A stretch of DNA of 48,711 nt from Betaproteobacteria bacterium. Its GTDB lineage: Bacteria; Pseudomonadota; Gammaproteobacteria; Burkholderiales; Burkholderiaceae_C. The stretch spans positions 1 through 48,711 of the forward strand of contig JANOBJ010000016.1 in NCBI GenBank assembly GCA_031411575.1, written 5' to 3'. Below, piece by piece: positions 19,044 through 28,100 of this stretch (within the stretch, counting starts at the first letter, position 1; each line of letters opens with the position of its first letter). The notes beneath the pieces were generated by a model that was not told the origin of the DNA, did not search any database, and worked only from the letters and a program-made list of their open reading frames with translations. A program made the translations under genes and the position numbers.

Positions 19044-19936
19044 AGCCCGCGCCCGTCCGGGGGCTGGCGCACGCCGCCGCAGCCGGGCCACTGCTGGCCG
19101 GCTGCGACTTCTCCAGCCGCCCCACGCGCAAAAAACCCATCGTTTTAGCCCTGGGGTCCGCATCCAGTGGTCGTTTGATGCTATTAAAAATAGAGCAATT
19201 TGACAGCCTGGAGGGCTTTGGCGGCTGGCTGCGCGCGCCCGCTGACTGGGTGGGTGCGTTTGATTTTCCCTTTGGCCTGCCGCGCGAGCTGGTCGAACAG
19301 CTGGGCTGGCCGACCGCGTGGGAAGCCTGCATGCGCCACTACGCGGGCTTGAGCCGCGAGGAGATTCGCGCCACCTTTGCCGCGTTTTGCGACGCCCGGC
19401 CAGTGGGAGGCAAATTCGCCCACCGCGCCACCGACCGGCCGGCCGGCGCCAGCCCGTCGATGAAATGGGTCAACCCGCCGGTGGCCTACATGCTGCACGC
19501 CGGGGTGCCGCTGCTGCTCGACGCGGGCGTGCACCTGCCCGGCCTGCACCCGGGCGAGCCCGCCAACCAGGACGCTGCCGGCCAGCCGCGCCGGGTCGCG
19601 CTGGAAGGCTACCCCGGCCTGCTGGCGCGGCAAATCCTGGGCAACCGGTCGTACAAAAGCGACGACAAGGCCAAGCAGACGCCAGACCGCCTGATCGCGC
19701 GCAAGGACGTGGTGACCGCGCTGGAGCACGGCCAGGCGCCGCTGGTGCAGCCGCTCGGCCTGCGTCTCAAACTCAGCCACGCGCAGCGCGACGCCCTGAT
19801 TGACGACGCCAGCGGCGACCGGCTGGACGCCGTGCTGTGCCTGGTGCAGGCGGCCTGGGCGCAGGCCCGGGGCGCACCGCGCTACGGGCTGCCCGAGCAG
19901 GTCGATCCGCTCGAAGGCTGGATCGTGGCTGCCTGA
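19040..19936 (+). CDS. DUF429 (predicted RNase H-fold) protein; start uncertain
   Basis: 'LLAGCDFSS.P....PIV.A' and 'FDFPFGLPRELV' are DUF429-like. A TTG at 19040 overlaps the BLUF stop (TTGA). The alternative ATG at 19178 lies inside repeat A5. Confidence 0.6.
   Translation: MKPAPVRGLAHAAAAGPLLAGCDFSSRPTRKKPIVLALGSASSGRLMLLKIEQFDSLEGFGGWLRAPADWVGAFDFPFGLPRELVEQLGWPTAWEACMRHYAGLSREEIRATFAAFCDARPVGGKFAHRATDRPAGASPSMKWVNPPVAYMLHAGVPLLLDAGVHLPGLHPGEPANQDAAGQPRRVALEGYPGLLARQILGNRSYKSDDKAKQTPDRLIARKDVVTALEHGQAPLVQPLGLRLKLSHAQRDALIDDASGDRLDAVLCLVQAAWAQARGAPRYGLPEQVDPLEGWIVAA
19128..19198 (-). repeat. Family-A repeat copy A5, inside the 5' region of the DUF429 gene
   Basis: Reverse complement is TTGCTCTATTTTTAATAGCATCAAACGACCACTGGATGCGGACCCCAGGGCTAAAACG. 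Confidence 0.8.
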
Positions 19937-19937
19937 G

Positions 19938-20007
19938 GTGTTTTAGGCATCAAATGTGCCTGTTGTCGTTGTCCTGTGGTCATAGTATGCTATTAATAAT
20001 ATAGCAA
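19938..20007 (-). repeat. Family-A repeat copy A6 (starts 1-2 nt after the DUF429 stop; lies between convergent genes)
   Basis: Reverse complement is TTGCTATATTATTAATAGCATACTATGACCACAGGACAACGACAACAGGCACATTTGATGCCTAAAACACC. Confidence 0.85.
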
Positions 20008-20040
20008 TTGGTCGGGGCGCCGCAACCGGGCGCCGGGACG

Positions 20041-20063
20041 CTTGGACAGGCTCAGGACGACCC
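20041..20063. repeat. Single copy of the same REP-like motif (CTTGGACAGGCTCAGGACGACCC)
   Basis: Intergenic, just downstream of the SulP stop. Matches the units at 5868-5891. Confidence 0.5.
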
Positions 20064-20089
20064 GGGCCGGGCCAGGCAACCGCGCTGGC

Positions 20090-21751
20090 TCAAGCCGAAT
20101 CCAGCTCGCCCAGCGCCGCAATCGCCTCGCCGTCGGTGCGGTACATCCGCAGCAGCGGCCCGTCGGGCAGCTGGCCGGCCTTGCGCAGCACGTTTTCCAC
20201 CGGCAGCTTGATGCCGCTGATGTGCAGCGTGATGCCGCGCTCGGCCAGGCTCTCACGCAGCTGGCCGAAGGTTTCCACCCCGGTCGCGTCGATCCGGTTG
20301 ATCGGCTGCGCAAACAGGCAGACGTGGCGCACCTCGGGGTGGGCGGCCAGGTGCTCCAGGATGTTGCGCTCGAACCCGCTGGCCGAGGCAAAGTCAAACT
20401 CGGCGTCCATCCGCAGGCCGTACAGCCGCGCGGCCAGCGGCGGCAGCTGCCACAGGTGCCGGTCGCGCAGGCTGCCGTCCGGGTGCAGGCCGACTTCGAT
20501 GATGCGCGGGTGCAACCGGTGGTGTAAAAAGTGGGTCAGGCCCATCAGCACGCCCGCCAGCACGCCCCAGTAGATGCGCGGCGCCGTCAGCAGGGTCACG
20601 CCAAAGGTGACAAAGGCCGTGGTGGCTTCAACGCGGTCCAGTTTCCACAGCCCGATCAGCGCGCCCGGCCGCAGCAGACCGGCCACCGCCGCCACCACGA
20701 CTGCGGCCAGCACGGCGCGCGGCACGTGGTGGAGCGCCGGCGTCAGCAGCAGCAGGGCCAGCAGCACGAACATCACCGACGCCACCGACGCCCAGCCGGT
20801 TTTGGCGCCGGCGTACAGCGTGATCGCCGAACGCGAAAACGAGGTGCTGGTGGGGAAACTGCCGCTGAAGGCCGACGCCAGCTTGGCCAGGCCCTGGCCG
20901 ATCAGGTCCTGGTTGTCGTTCCAGCGCTTGCGGTCGCGCTGGGCCTCGATCTTGGCGCTGGAGGCGGTTTCGAGAAAGCTCACCAGCGCAATCACCATCG
21001 CCGGCACCACCAAAGCGCCGAGCGTCTCCCAGCCCGGCAGGCCCGGCCAATACGGGGTGGGCAGGCCGGAGGGCAGCGCGCCAATCACGGCGCCGTGGGC
21101 TGAGTACCCGCTTACTTTCGCCACCAAACCCGCACCCGCCACCACCAGCATGACCATTGGCAACCGCGGCGCCAACCGTTTGCCCAGCAGCAGCGCCGCC
21201 AGGCTGACGGCGCCAAAAGCCAGTGCAACGGTATCAAACCTGGGTGAACCGAACAGCCCGGCGAGCGGGCCTTGCAGTCCGAGCAGCGCCGGCAACTGCG
21301 AGGCGATGATCAGCAAGGCCGCCGCCTGCGTGAAGCCGGTCAGCACCGGCGAGCTGATCAGGTTGAGCAGCCAGCCAAAACCGCCCGCGCCCAGCACCAG
21401 CTGGATCACGCCCGACAAAATGGCCAGCCAGACCGCCAGCGACACCCACTGCGGGCTGCCGGGCGTGGCCAGCCCGGTGAGCGACGCTGCCACCAGGACG
21501 CAGGTCAGCGCAGCCGGGCCAACCGACAGGCGCGTGGAGCTGCCAAACAGCACCGCGACCAGCGACGGCAACAGGGCGGCGTACAGGCCGGTGACCAGTG
21601 GCATGCCTGCCAGACCCGCATAGGCCACCGACTGCGGCACCATCACCAGCGCCACGGTCAGCCCGGCCAGCACTTCACCGCGCAGCAGCGCGGCACTGGG
21701 TCTGGGCCAGGTCAAGAACGGAAAGAAGCGGGTGAGGCTGGAACGCAACAC
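20090..21751 (-). CDS. SulP-family anion transporter with C-terminal STAS domain
   Basis: 553-aa polytopic protein with 'AGLTVALV.VPQS.AYA.LAG' and a soluble STAS-like C-terminus. Confidence 0.88.
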   Translation of the reverse strand: MLRSSLTRFFPFLTWPRPSAALLRGEVLAGLTVALVMVPQSVAYAGLAGMPLVTGLYAALLPSLVAVLFGSSTRLSVGPAALTCVLVAASLTGLATPGSPQWVSLAVWLAILSGVIQLVLGAGGFGWLLNLISSPVLTGFTQAAALLIIASQLPALLGLQGPLAGLFGSPRFDTVALAFGAVSLAALLLGKRLAPRLPMVMLVVAGAGLVAKVSGYSAHGAVIGALPSGLPTPYWPGLPGWETLGALVVPAMVIALVSFLETASSAKIEAQRDRKRWNDNQDLIGQGLAKLASAFSGSFPTSTSFSRSAITLYAGAKTGWASVASVMFVLLALLLLTPALHHVPRAVLAAVVVAAVAGLLRPGALIGLWKLDRVEATTAFVTFGVTLLTAPRIYWGVLAGVLMGLTHFLHHRLHPRIIEVGLHPDGSLRDRHLWQLPPLAARLYGLRMDAEFDFASASGFERNILEHLAAHPEVRHVCLFAQPINRIDATGVETFGQLRESLAERGITLHISGIKLPVENVLRKAGQLPDGPLLRMYRTDGEAIAALGELDSA

Positions 21752-21876
21752 GTGTCAGATGCCGTCAACGGGCTTCAAAACGGGGAGAGTTGCAACCGTA
21801 CCACACTCCGTGAAACTCAGGTGCATTTGCGGACGTGGCAGTACGCGAGCTAGCCGACACATACTACTTAGTAGTT

Positions 21877-21900
21877 AATTTGTACGTCTCGGTACAAATT
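21877..21900. promoter_or_regulatory. Perfect inverted repeat AATTTGTAC-N6-GTACAAATT (candidate operator)
   Basis: 9-bp arms with a 6-bp spacer, read directly from the sequence. Preceded by ACTAC-TTA-GTAGT (21863-21875). Confidence 0.4.
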
Positions 21901-21994
21901 GAACATAAAGTTCGCAAAAATTGCACAAACAAACTGGCTTTGGGGCTTGGACCTGTGGCATGCAAGCTTTGACGTGGGCAGGCGTTCGACATCT

Positions 21995-22014
21995 CTAAAT
22001 TTAGCTACTTAGTT
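21995..22014. promoter_or_regulatory. 10-bp palindrome CTAAATTTAG followed by CTACTTAGT (second copy of a 9-mer also at 21865-21873)
   Basis: Read directly from the sequence. Function unknown. Confidence 0.3.
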
Positions 22015-22271
22015 GTATATAGCGACCCAAGATTAAGCGTGTTTTAAGCCTAATTACAAAGAATTACGGCGATTATGTAGATTTTCACAATAGTCGGATG
22101 CTAGTCTCAAGTTACAAAAAAAGTTCCCCGCGAGTTCAGACTTTTTTGACGGCCGAAATGTGGTGACTGCCCAGATGGGTGGGCCACCCAGTTCGACAAC
22201 ACTTGAAGTCAGTCGCGGGGGCGATGCCAGTCTAAAACTGGCGTTAACCCTAAGTCGTTGGTGAGAACAAA

Positions 22272-23231
22272 ATGAGTGCGACGTCGTTGAATCACGAGAC
22301 CCTGAAGGTCGCTACCAGCGCCTCCAGGTCGTCTTCGATGCACCGGAACACCGGGCATCTGTCGAGTTCCCCTACCGCCGACGCGCCGCGAACGCGTCGG
22401 CCGTTTGGGGATTTCCTGGTCTATTTCGTCCTGTTCGGGCTGACCTGGGGCGTCTGGCAGATCAGCCGCATGGGGTTTTTCAGCGCCGGTGACGACGTTG
22501 GCTACTGGATTGGGGTGGCCGGCGGCGTCATGATGCTGATGCTGTTCACCTATCCACTGCGCAAGCACTTCCGGTTCACGCACCGCTGGGGCAAGGTCAA
22601 GTGGTGGTTCATGGTGCACATGCTGCTGGGGGTCGGCGGCCCGCTGCTGATCCTGCTGCATTCCACGTTTCAGGTCCGCTCGCTCAATGCCGGGGTCGCG
22701 CTGTACAGCATGATCATCGTGGCCCTGAGCGGCGTGATTGGCCGGTTCATCTATGGCCACATCAACCGTGGCCTGCACGGCGAGCAGAGCAGTTTCCGCG
22801 ATCTGCAGTCGCGCGCCGGCCTGCACCAGCGTGAAGCCCGCTCGCGCCTGCGCTTTGCGCCCGCCGTGGAAGCCCGCCTGATCGCGTTTGGCGAGCACGA
22901 ACTGACCGCACGGCCCGGCTTCCTGGCCAGCCTGCGCCGGGTGTTCTGGCTGCCCGTGAAGCAGTGGCTCACCTACCGGGCGTGCATGGCCGAGTTGCGC
23001 AAACCGATGCGCGACCTCGCGGTGCGCGGCGGCTGGGACGAACGCAGCCAGGCCAAGCGGGATCGCCTGGCCCGAAAGCTGGTTCGCCGCTACCTCAACG
23101 CCGTGGTGCGCGTGGCGCAGTTCACCGCCTACGAGCGGCTGTTCTCGCTGTGGCATGTCGCGCACCTGCCGTTTGTCTATCTCCTCGTGATCAGTTCGAT
23201 CGTTCACGTTGTAGCCGTCCACGCCTACTGA
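22272..23231 (+). CDS. 5-TM inner-membrane protein with two His-x13-His pairs (candidate di-haem b-type quinol/quinone oxidoreductase)
   Basis: TM3 'WWFMVHMLLGVGGPLLILLHS' and TM5 'WHVAHLPFVYLLVISSIVHVV' each carry His residues 14 positions apart. A ~115-aa Arg-rich soluble insert lies between TM4 and TM5. First gene after the AT-rich leader. Confidence 0.6.
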   Translation: MSATSLNHETLKVATSASRSSSMHRNTGHLSSSPTADAPRTRRPFGDFLVYFVLFGLTWGVWQISRMGFFSAGDDVGYWIGVAGGVMMLMLFTYPLRKHFRFTHRWGKVKWWFMVHMLLGVGGPLLILLHSTFQVRSLNAGVALYSMIIVALSGVIGRFIYGHINRGLHGEQSSFRDLQSRAGLHQREARSRLRFAPAVEARLIAFGEHELTARPGFLASLRRVFWLPVKQWLTYRACMAELRKPMRDLAVRGGWDERSQAKRDRLARKLVRRYLNAVVRVAQFTAYERLFSLWHVAHLPFVYLLVISSIVHVVAVHAY

Positions 23232-23244
23232 TCCGGGGAACCGG

Positions 23245-25194
23245 TTGTCACCATGGCTGCGACATCACTCCGTCGCCCTGATTCTGCAGGGCCTGCTCGC
23301 CTGCTGCCTGGCAGCCTTCGTGTTGCTGCTGCCCACGGCGGCCGCCGCCCAGAACATCGAGACGATTCTGGCGCCCGGCAAGCTGATTCAGGGTCACGCC
23401 AAATGGGAGCAGGAGTGCTCGCAGTGCCACGTCAAGTTCGACCGCAAGGCGCAGGACGGCCTGTGCCTGGCCTGCCACAAGGATTTGGGGGCTGATGTGC
23501 GCGCCAAAACCGGCTTTCACGGTCGCATGAAGCCGCAGGCATGCAATGTCTGCCACACCGACCACAAGGGTCGTGATGCCAAGATCGTGCTGCTCGACAA
23601 GAAGAAGTTTGACCACACGCTGACCGACTTCCAGCTGCGCGGCAAGCACCAGAAGACCGAGTGCGACAAGTGCCACGTGTCGGGCAAGAAGTACAGCGAG
23701 GCAGCGTCTGACTGCAACAGGTGCCACAAGAAGGACGACGTCCACAAGGGCTCGCTTGGGGCCAAATGCGCTGATTGCCACACCGAAAACAACTGGAAAG
23801 AAACCCGTTTCGACCACGAGAAAACGCGCTTCTCGCTGACCGGCAAGCACGCCGACGTCAAGTGCACCGATTGCCACAAGAACGGCGTCTACAAGGACAC
23901 GCCGCGCACCTGCATCGGCTGCCACAAGAAGGACGACGACAGCGCCAAGGGTCACAAGGGCCAGTTCGGCGAGAAATGCGAGACCTGCCACGGCACCAAG
24001 GCGTGGAAACCGTCCGATTTCAACCACGACACCGACACCAAGTACACCTTGCGCGGCAAGCACCGGACAACGGGCTGCACCGACTGCCACAAGGGCAACA
24101 TCTACCGCGTCAAGCTGAGCCAGGATTGCTACGCCTGCCACCAGAAGGACGACAAGCACAAGGAGTCGCTGGGCAAGGATTGCGGCAGCTGCCACAGCGA
24201 GCGTAGCTGGAAAGAGCCGCCCAAGTTCAACCACGACCAGACCAGCTTTCCGCTGCTGGGCAAGCACGACAAGGTGGAGTGCAAGGATTGCCACAAGAGC
24301 GCCATGTTCAAGGAGGCGCCCAAAGACTGCTATGGCTGCCACAAGAAGGACGACAAGCACGAAACCACGCTGGGCGAAAAGTGCGCGGACTGCCACTCAG
24401 AGCGCGACTGGAAGGTCACGACCGGCCGGTTCGATCACGACCGCACCAAGTTCCAGTTGCGCAACGCGCACGCGGAAAGCACGGTCAAGTGCAATGCCTG
24501 CCACAAGGACCTGAAGAGCTACCGCAAGACGCCGACCGATTGCTACAGCTGCCACAAGAAGGACGACAAGCACGAAGGCCAGCAGGGCAAGCAGTGCGAA
24601 ACCTGCCACAGCGACCGCACCTGGAAGACCACGCGGTTTGACCATGCGCAGACGCGTTTCCCGCTGACCGGCAAGCACGTGGCCACCAAGTGCAGCAGCT
24701 GCCACGAGACCAACCGCTTCAAGGACGCGCCGCGCGACTGCTACTCCTGCCACAAGAAGGAAGACAAGCACAAGCTCAAGTTCGGCGAAAAATGCGAGAG
24801 CTGCCACAACACCCGCGGCTGGCCGATCTGGGATTTTGACCACAACAAGCGCACCGAATACCGGCTGGACGGCAAGCACGTCAAGGTGGCGTGCGAAAGC
24901 TGCCACACCCAGCCGGCGCCCAAGGGCAAGGAAGCCGCGCCGCTGGGCAAGAACTGCATCACCTGCCACCGCAAGGATGACACCCACGACGGCCAGTTTG
25001 GCCCGCGGTGCGAGACCTGCCATGTAACCGAGAACTGGAAGAAGATCACCAGCCGCATCGGCGAACGGGCTGTGGTGCCAGGCGACTGGATTGTGGCGTT
25101 GATGTCGCCACTGGGCGAGGCCAGCCATTTCGCGCGTCGCTCAGACGCGGCAACCACCCGGCCAGCGGCCGACACCGTGGGGGTGCGGCGATGA
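23245..25194 (+). CDS. 24-haem c-type cytochrome (concatenated c7-like trihaem units), secreted
   Basis: 24 CXXCH motifs by manual count. Signal peptide '...LLLPTAAAAQ'. Repeating unit 'C..CHKKDDKH...G..C..CH....W....FDH..T.F.L.GKH....C..CH'. TTG start. Confidence 0.9.
   Translation: MSPWLRHHSVALILQGLLACCLAAFVLLLPTAAAAQNIETILAPGKLIQGHAKWEQECSQCHVKFDRKAQDGLCLACHKDLGADVRAKTGFHGRMKPQACNVCHTDHKGRDAKIVLLDKKKFDHTLTDFQLRGKHQKTECDKCHVSGKKYSEAASDCNRCHKKDDVHKGSLGAKCADCHTENNWKETRFDHEKTRFSLTGKHADVKCTDCHKNGVYKDTPRTCIGCHKKDDDSAKGHKGQFGEKCETCHGTKAWKPSDFNHDTDTKYTLRGKHRTTGCTDCHKGNIYRVKLSQDCYACHQKDDKHKESLGKDCGSCHSERSWKEPPKFNHDQTSFPLLGKHDKVECKDCHKSAMFKEAPKDCYGCHKKDDKHETTLGEKCADCHSERDWKVTTGRFDHDRTKFQLRNAHAESTVKCNACHKDLKSYRKTPTDCYSCHKKDDKHEGQQGKQCETCHSDRTWKTTRFDHAQTRFPLTGKHVATKCSSCHETNRFKDAPRDCYSCHKKEDKHKLKFGEKCESCHNTRGWPIWDFDHNKRTEYRLDGKHVKVACESCHTQPAPKGKEAAPLGKNCITCHRKDDTHDGQFGPRCETCHVTENWKKITSRIGERAVVPGDWIVALMSPLGEASHFARRSDAATTRPAADTVGVRR
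23700..25000 (+). repeat. Intragenic tandem periodicity (~190-220 bp, 64-73 aa, 3 CXXCH per unit)
   Basis: 'TGCCACAAGAAGGA(C/A)GAC' recurs near 23722, 23921, 24134, 24334, 24554, 24747 and 24965. Confidence 0.8.
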
Positions 25195-28100
25195 ACGCAG
25201 GGTTAAGCCGGTCCGGTTTCGGGGCACTGTTCGCCAAGTGGTGCGTGGCCTTGTTGCTTGTGGTCTGCGGCGCGCAGGCGTTTGCACAGGCCGGCGCGAG
25301 GAATTTCGACCACACCAAAACCGGTTTCGCGCTGACCGGCGTGCACATGAACCCGCGCTGCGAGTCGTGCCACATCAGCGGCGTGTTTAAGGGCACACCC
25401 AAAGACTGCGCCAGTTGCCATACGAGCGGCTTCCGCCAGGCGCGCGGCAACATGGTCATGCCGGCCAAGCACCTGCCGACCACCGCCGCCTGCGAGACCT
25501 GCCACAACACGCGTTCGTTCAAGGAAGTCAAGTTCAGCCACGTCGATGTCAAGCCGGGTACATGCGCCACTTGCCACAACGGCACGACGGCTATCGGCAA
25601 GCACGCGGCGCACATGCCGACACAGGCGGCCTGCGACACCTGCCACAAATCAACATCCACGTGGAAATCCGCCAAACCCGACCACAGCGCGTTTACCGCA
25701 ACGACCAACTGCGCGAGTTGCCACGGGTCCACGGCCACCGGCAAGTCGGCGAACCATATTCCTGTCGCGGCCAGTGTCAGCTGCCTGAGCTGCCATACCG
25801 TGACAGGCTGGAAGCCCACCAAGTTCAACCACACGCAAGTGGCCGTGGCCGGCCAGTGCGCCACCTGCCACAGCGGGGCGTTCCCGCCGGCCGACGGCAG
25901 GACCGCCAACCATATTCCGTACCAAAGCGTCAACGGCGTTGCCAACGCCGGCTGCGAGAGCTGCCACAAGGCGGGCTATACGGCATGGGCCCCGGCGACG
26001 TTCCACGGCAGCTTCTCTGTCACTGGCCAATGCGCCACATGCCACACCGGCAACAACCCCAAAGCGGTTGGCAAGCACCCAACGCACGTGCCCACGGCGG
26101 CAGCCTGCGAGACCTGCCACAAGACCACCGGCTGGAAAGGCGCCAAGCCCGACCACGCCAGCTTCACGGCCGCGACCAACTGCGCCACTTGCCACAACGG
26201 CACCAACGCCACGGGCAAGACGGCCGTGCACATCCCGGTGGCGGCCAACGTCAACTGCTTCAGCTGCCACAGCGTGGCGGGCTGGAAGCCCACCAAGTTC
26301 AACCACACGCAAGTGGCCGTGGCCGGCCAGTGCGCCACCTGCCACAGCGGGGCGTTCCCGCCGGCCGATGGCAAGACGGCCAACCACATCGTCTACCAGA
26401 ACATCACCGGCATTGGCGCCAACGCCAGCTGCGAGAGCTGCCACAAGGCTGGCTACACGGCCTGGGCGCCGGCCAAGTTCCACGCCAGCTACACCGTCAC
26501 GGCCCAGTGCGCCACCTGCCACACCGGGGCCAACCCGCTGGCCGTGGGCAAGCCGGCCAACCACCTGCCCACCACGGCGGCCTGCGAGACCTGCCACAAG
26601 ACCACCGGCTGGATCGGGGCGAAGGTTGATCACAGCGGATTCACGACGGCTACCAATTGCACCACTTGTCACAACGGCACGACGGCTACTGGCAAGCCCG
26701 TTGTGCACCCGGTGACAACCGCCAACTGCATCACGTGTCACACGACGGTCGCATGGACTGGCGCCAAGGTTGATCACACCAGCTTCACGGCAGCCACCAA
26801 TTGCGCGAGCTGCCACAACGGTGCAACCGCAACCGGCAAGCCGGTGGTGCATGTCCCGACCACCGCCAATTGCTTCAGCTGCCACACGGTCGCGGGCTGG
26901 AAGCCCACCAAGTTCAACCACACCCAAGTGACGGTTACGGGCCAATGTTCGACTTGCCACAGTGGCGCGTTCCCGCCGGCCGATGGCAGGCCCACCAACC
27001 ACATCCCGTATCAGACACTGAGCGGCGTTGCCATCACCAACTGTGACAGCTGCCACAAGGGTGGCTACGCAGCATGGGCGCCGGCCCGGTTCCACAGCAG
27101 CGTCTCTGTCAGCAACCAGTGTGCAAGCTGCCACACCGGCAACTTCCCGCCCGCCGTCGGCAAGCCCAATACCCCGATCCACGCCGGGGTGACCAATTGC
27201 GAGAGCTGCCACAAGACCACGGGCTGGGCGGGTGCCAAGGTGGACCACTCGACGTTCACCATGGCGACCAACTGCTCGAGCTGCCACAACGGGACAACAG
27301 CTACCGGCAAACGCGGAAACCACATCCCGACTGCCGTCAACTGCTTCAGCTGCCACAGCACGACCGGCTGGATTCCCACCAAGTTCAACCACAGCCAGGT
27401 CGTCACGGCCAACCAGTGCTCGACTTGCCACAGTGGCGCGTTCCCACCCGCCGATGGCCGGCCGATCAGTCATATCCCGTATCAGCTGCTGAGTGGCGTC
27501 GCGGTCACCAACTGCGATACCTGCCACAAGGGCGGATTTGCGGCTTGGACCCCCGCACGGTTCCACGGCTCGGTGTCGGTCAGCAACCAGTGCCATACCT
27601 GCCACATGGGTACCTACTCACCGGGGCAACGCCGACCCAATAACGTCACGCACAGTGCGATCACCAGTGGTTGCGAGAGCTGCCACAAGTCAACCGCCAG
27701 CTGGTTGACGGTGGTGTTTACCCACTCGCCAGCGAATGCCGTGGGCACCGGTACCTGTGATACCTGCCACAACGGTACGTCCGCCAAAGGCAAGCCGGCG
27801 ACCCACATCCCGGTGCCGGCTGGCGTTGCAAAGTGCGATTCCTGCCACCGTTCGCAGACCAGCTTCGCGACGGCGGTCACGATGAACCATAGCGTGGTCA
27901 CGACCGCCACCTGCAAGTCTTGCCACAACGGCAGTTACACCTCCCAGGGGACGACCGGTGCGCTCGCCAAACCGGTCAACCATATTCCGGAGGCGCAGTT
28001 GCTTAACGGTGCCAACATGGACTGCAAGGCCTGTCATACGAGCACGACCAGCTGGGGGACGATGCGAATGGACCACAACGCCAGCCAGGGTGGTGGTGCC

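Larger units (their letters stand above)
21752..22271. promoter_or_regulatory. AT-rich 520-bp non-coding leader upstream of the cytochrome/ccm gene block
   Basis: By far the most AT-rich stretch in the window. No ORF of 60 aa or more. Contains several palindromes and direct repeats (listed separately). Confidence 0.6.
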
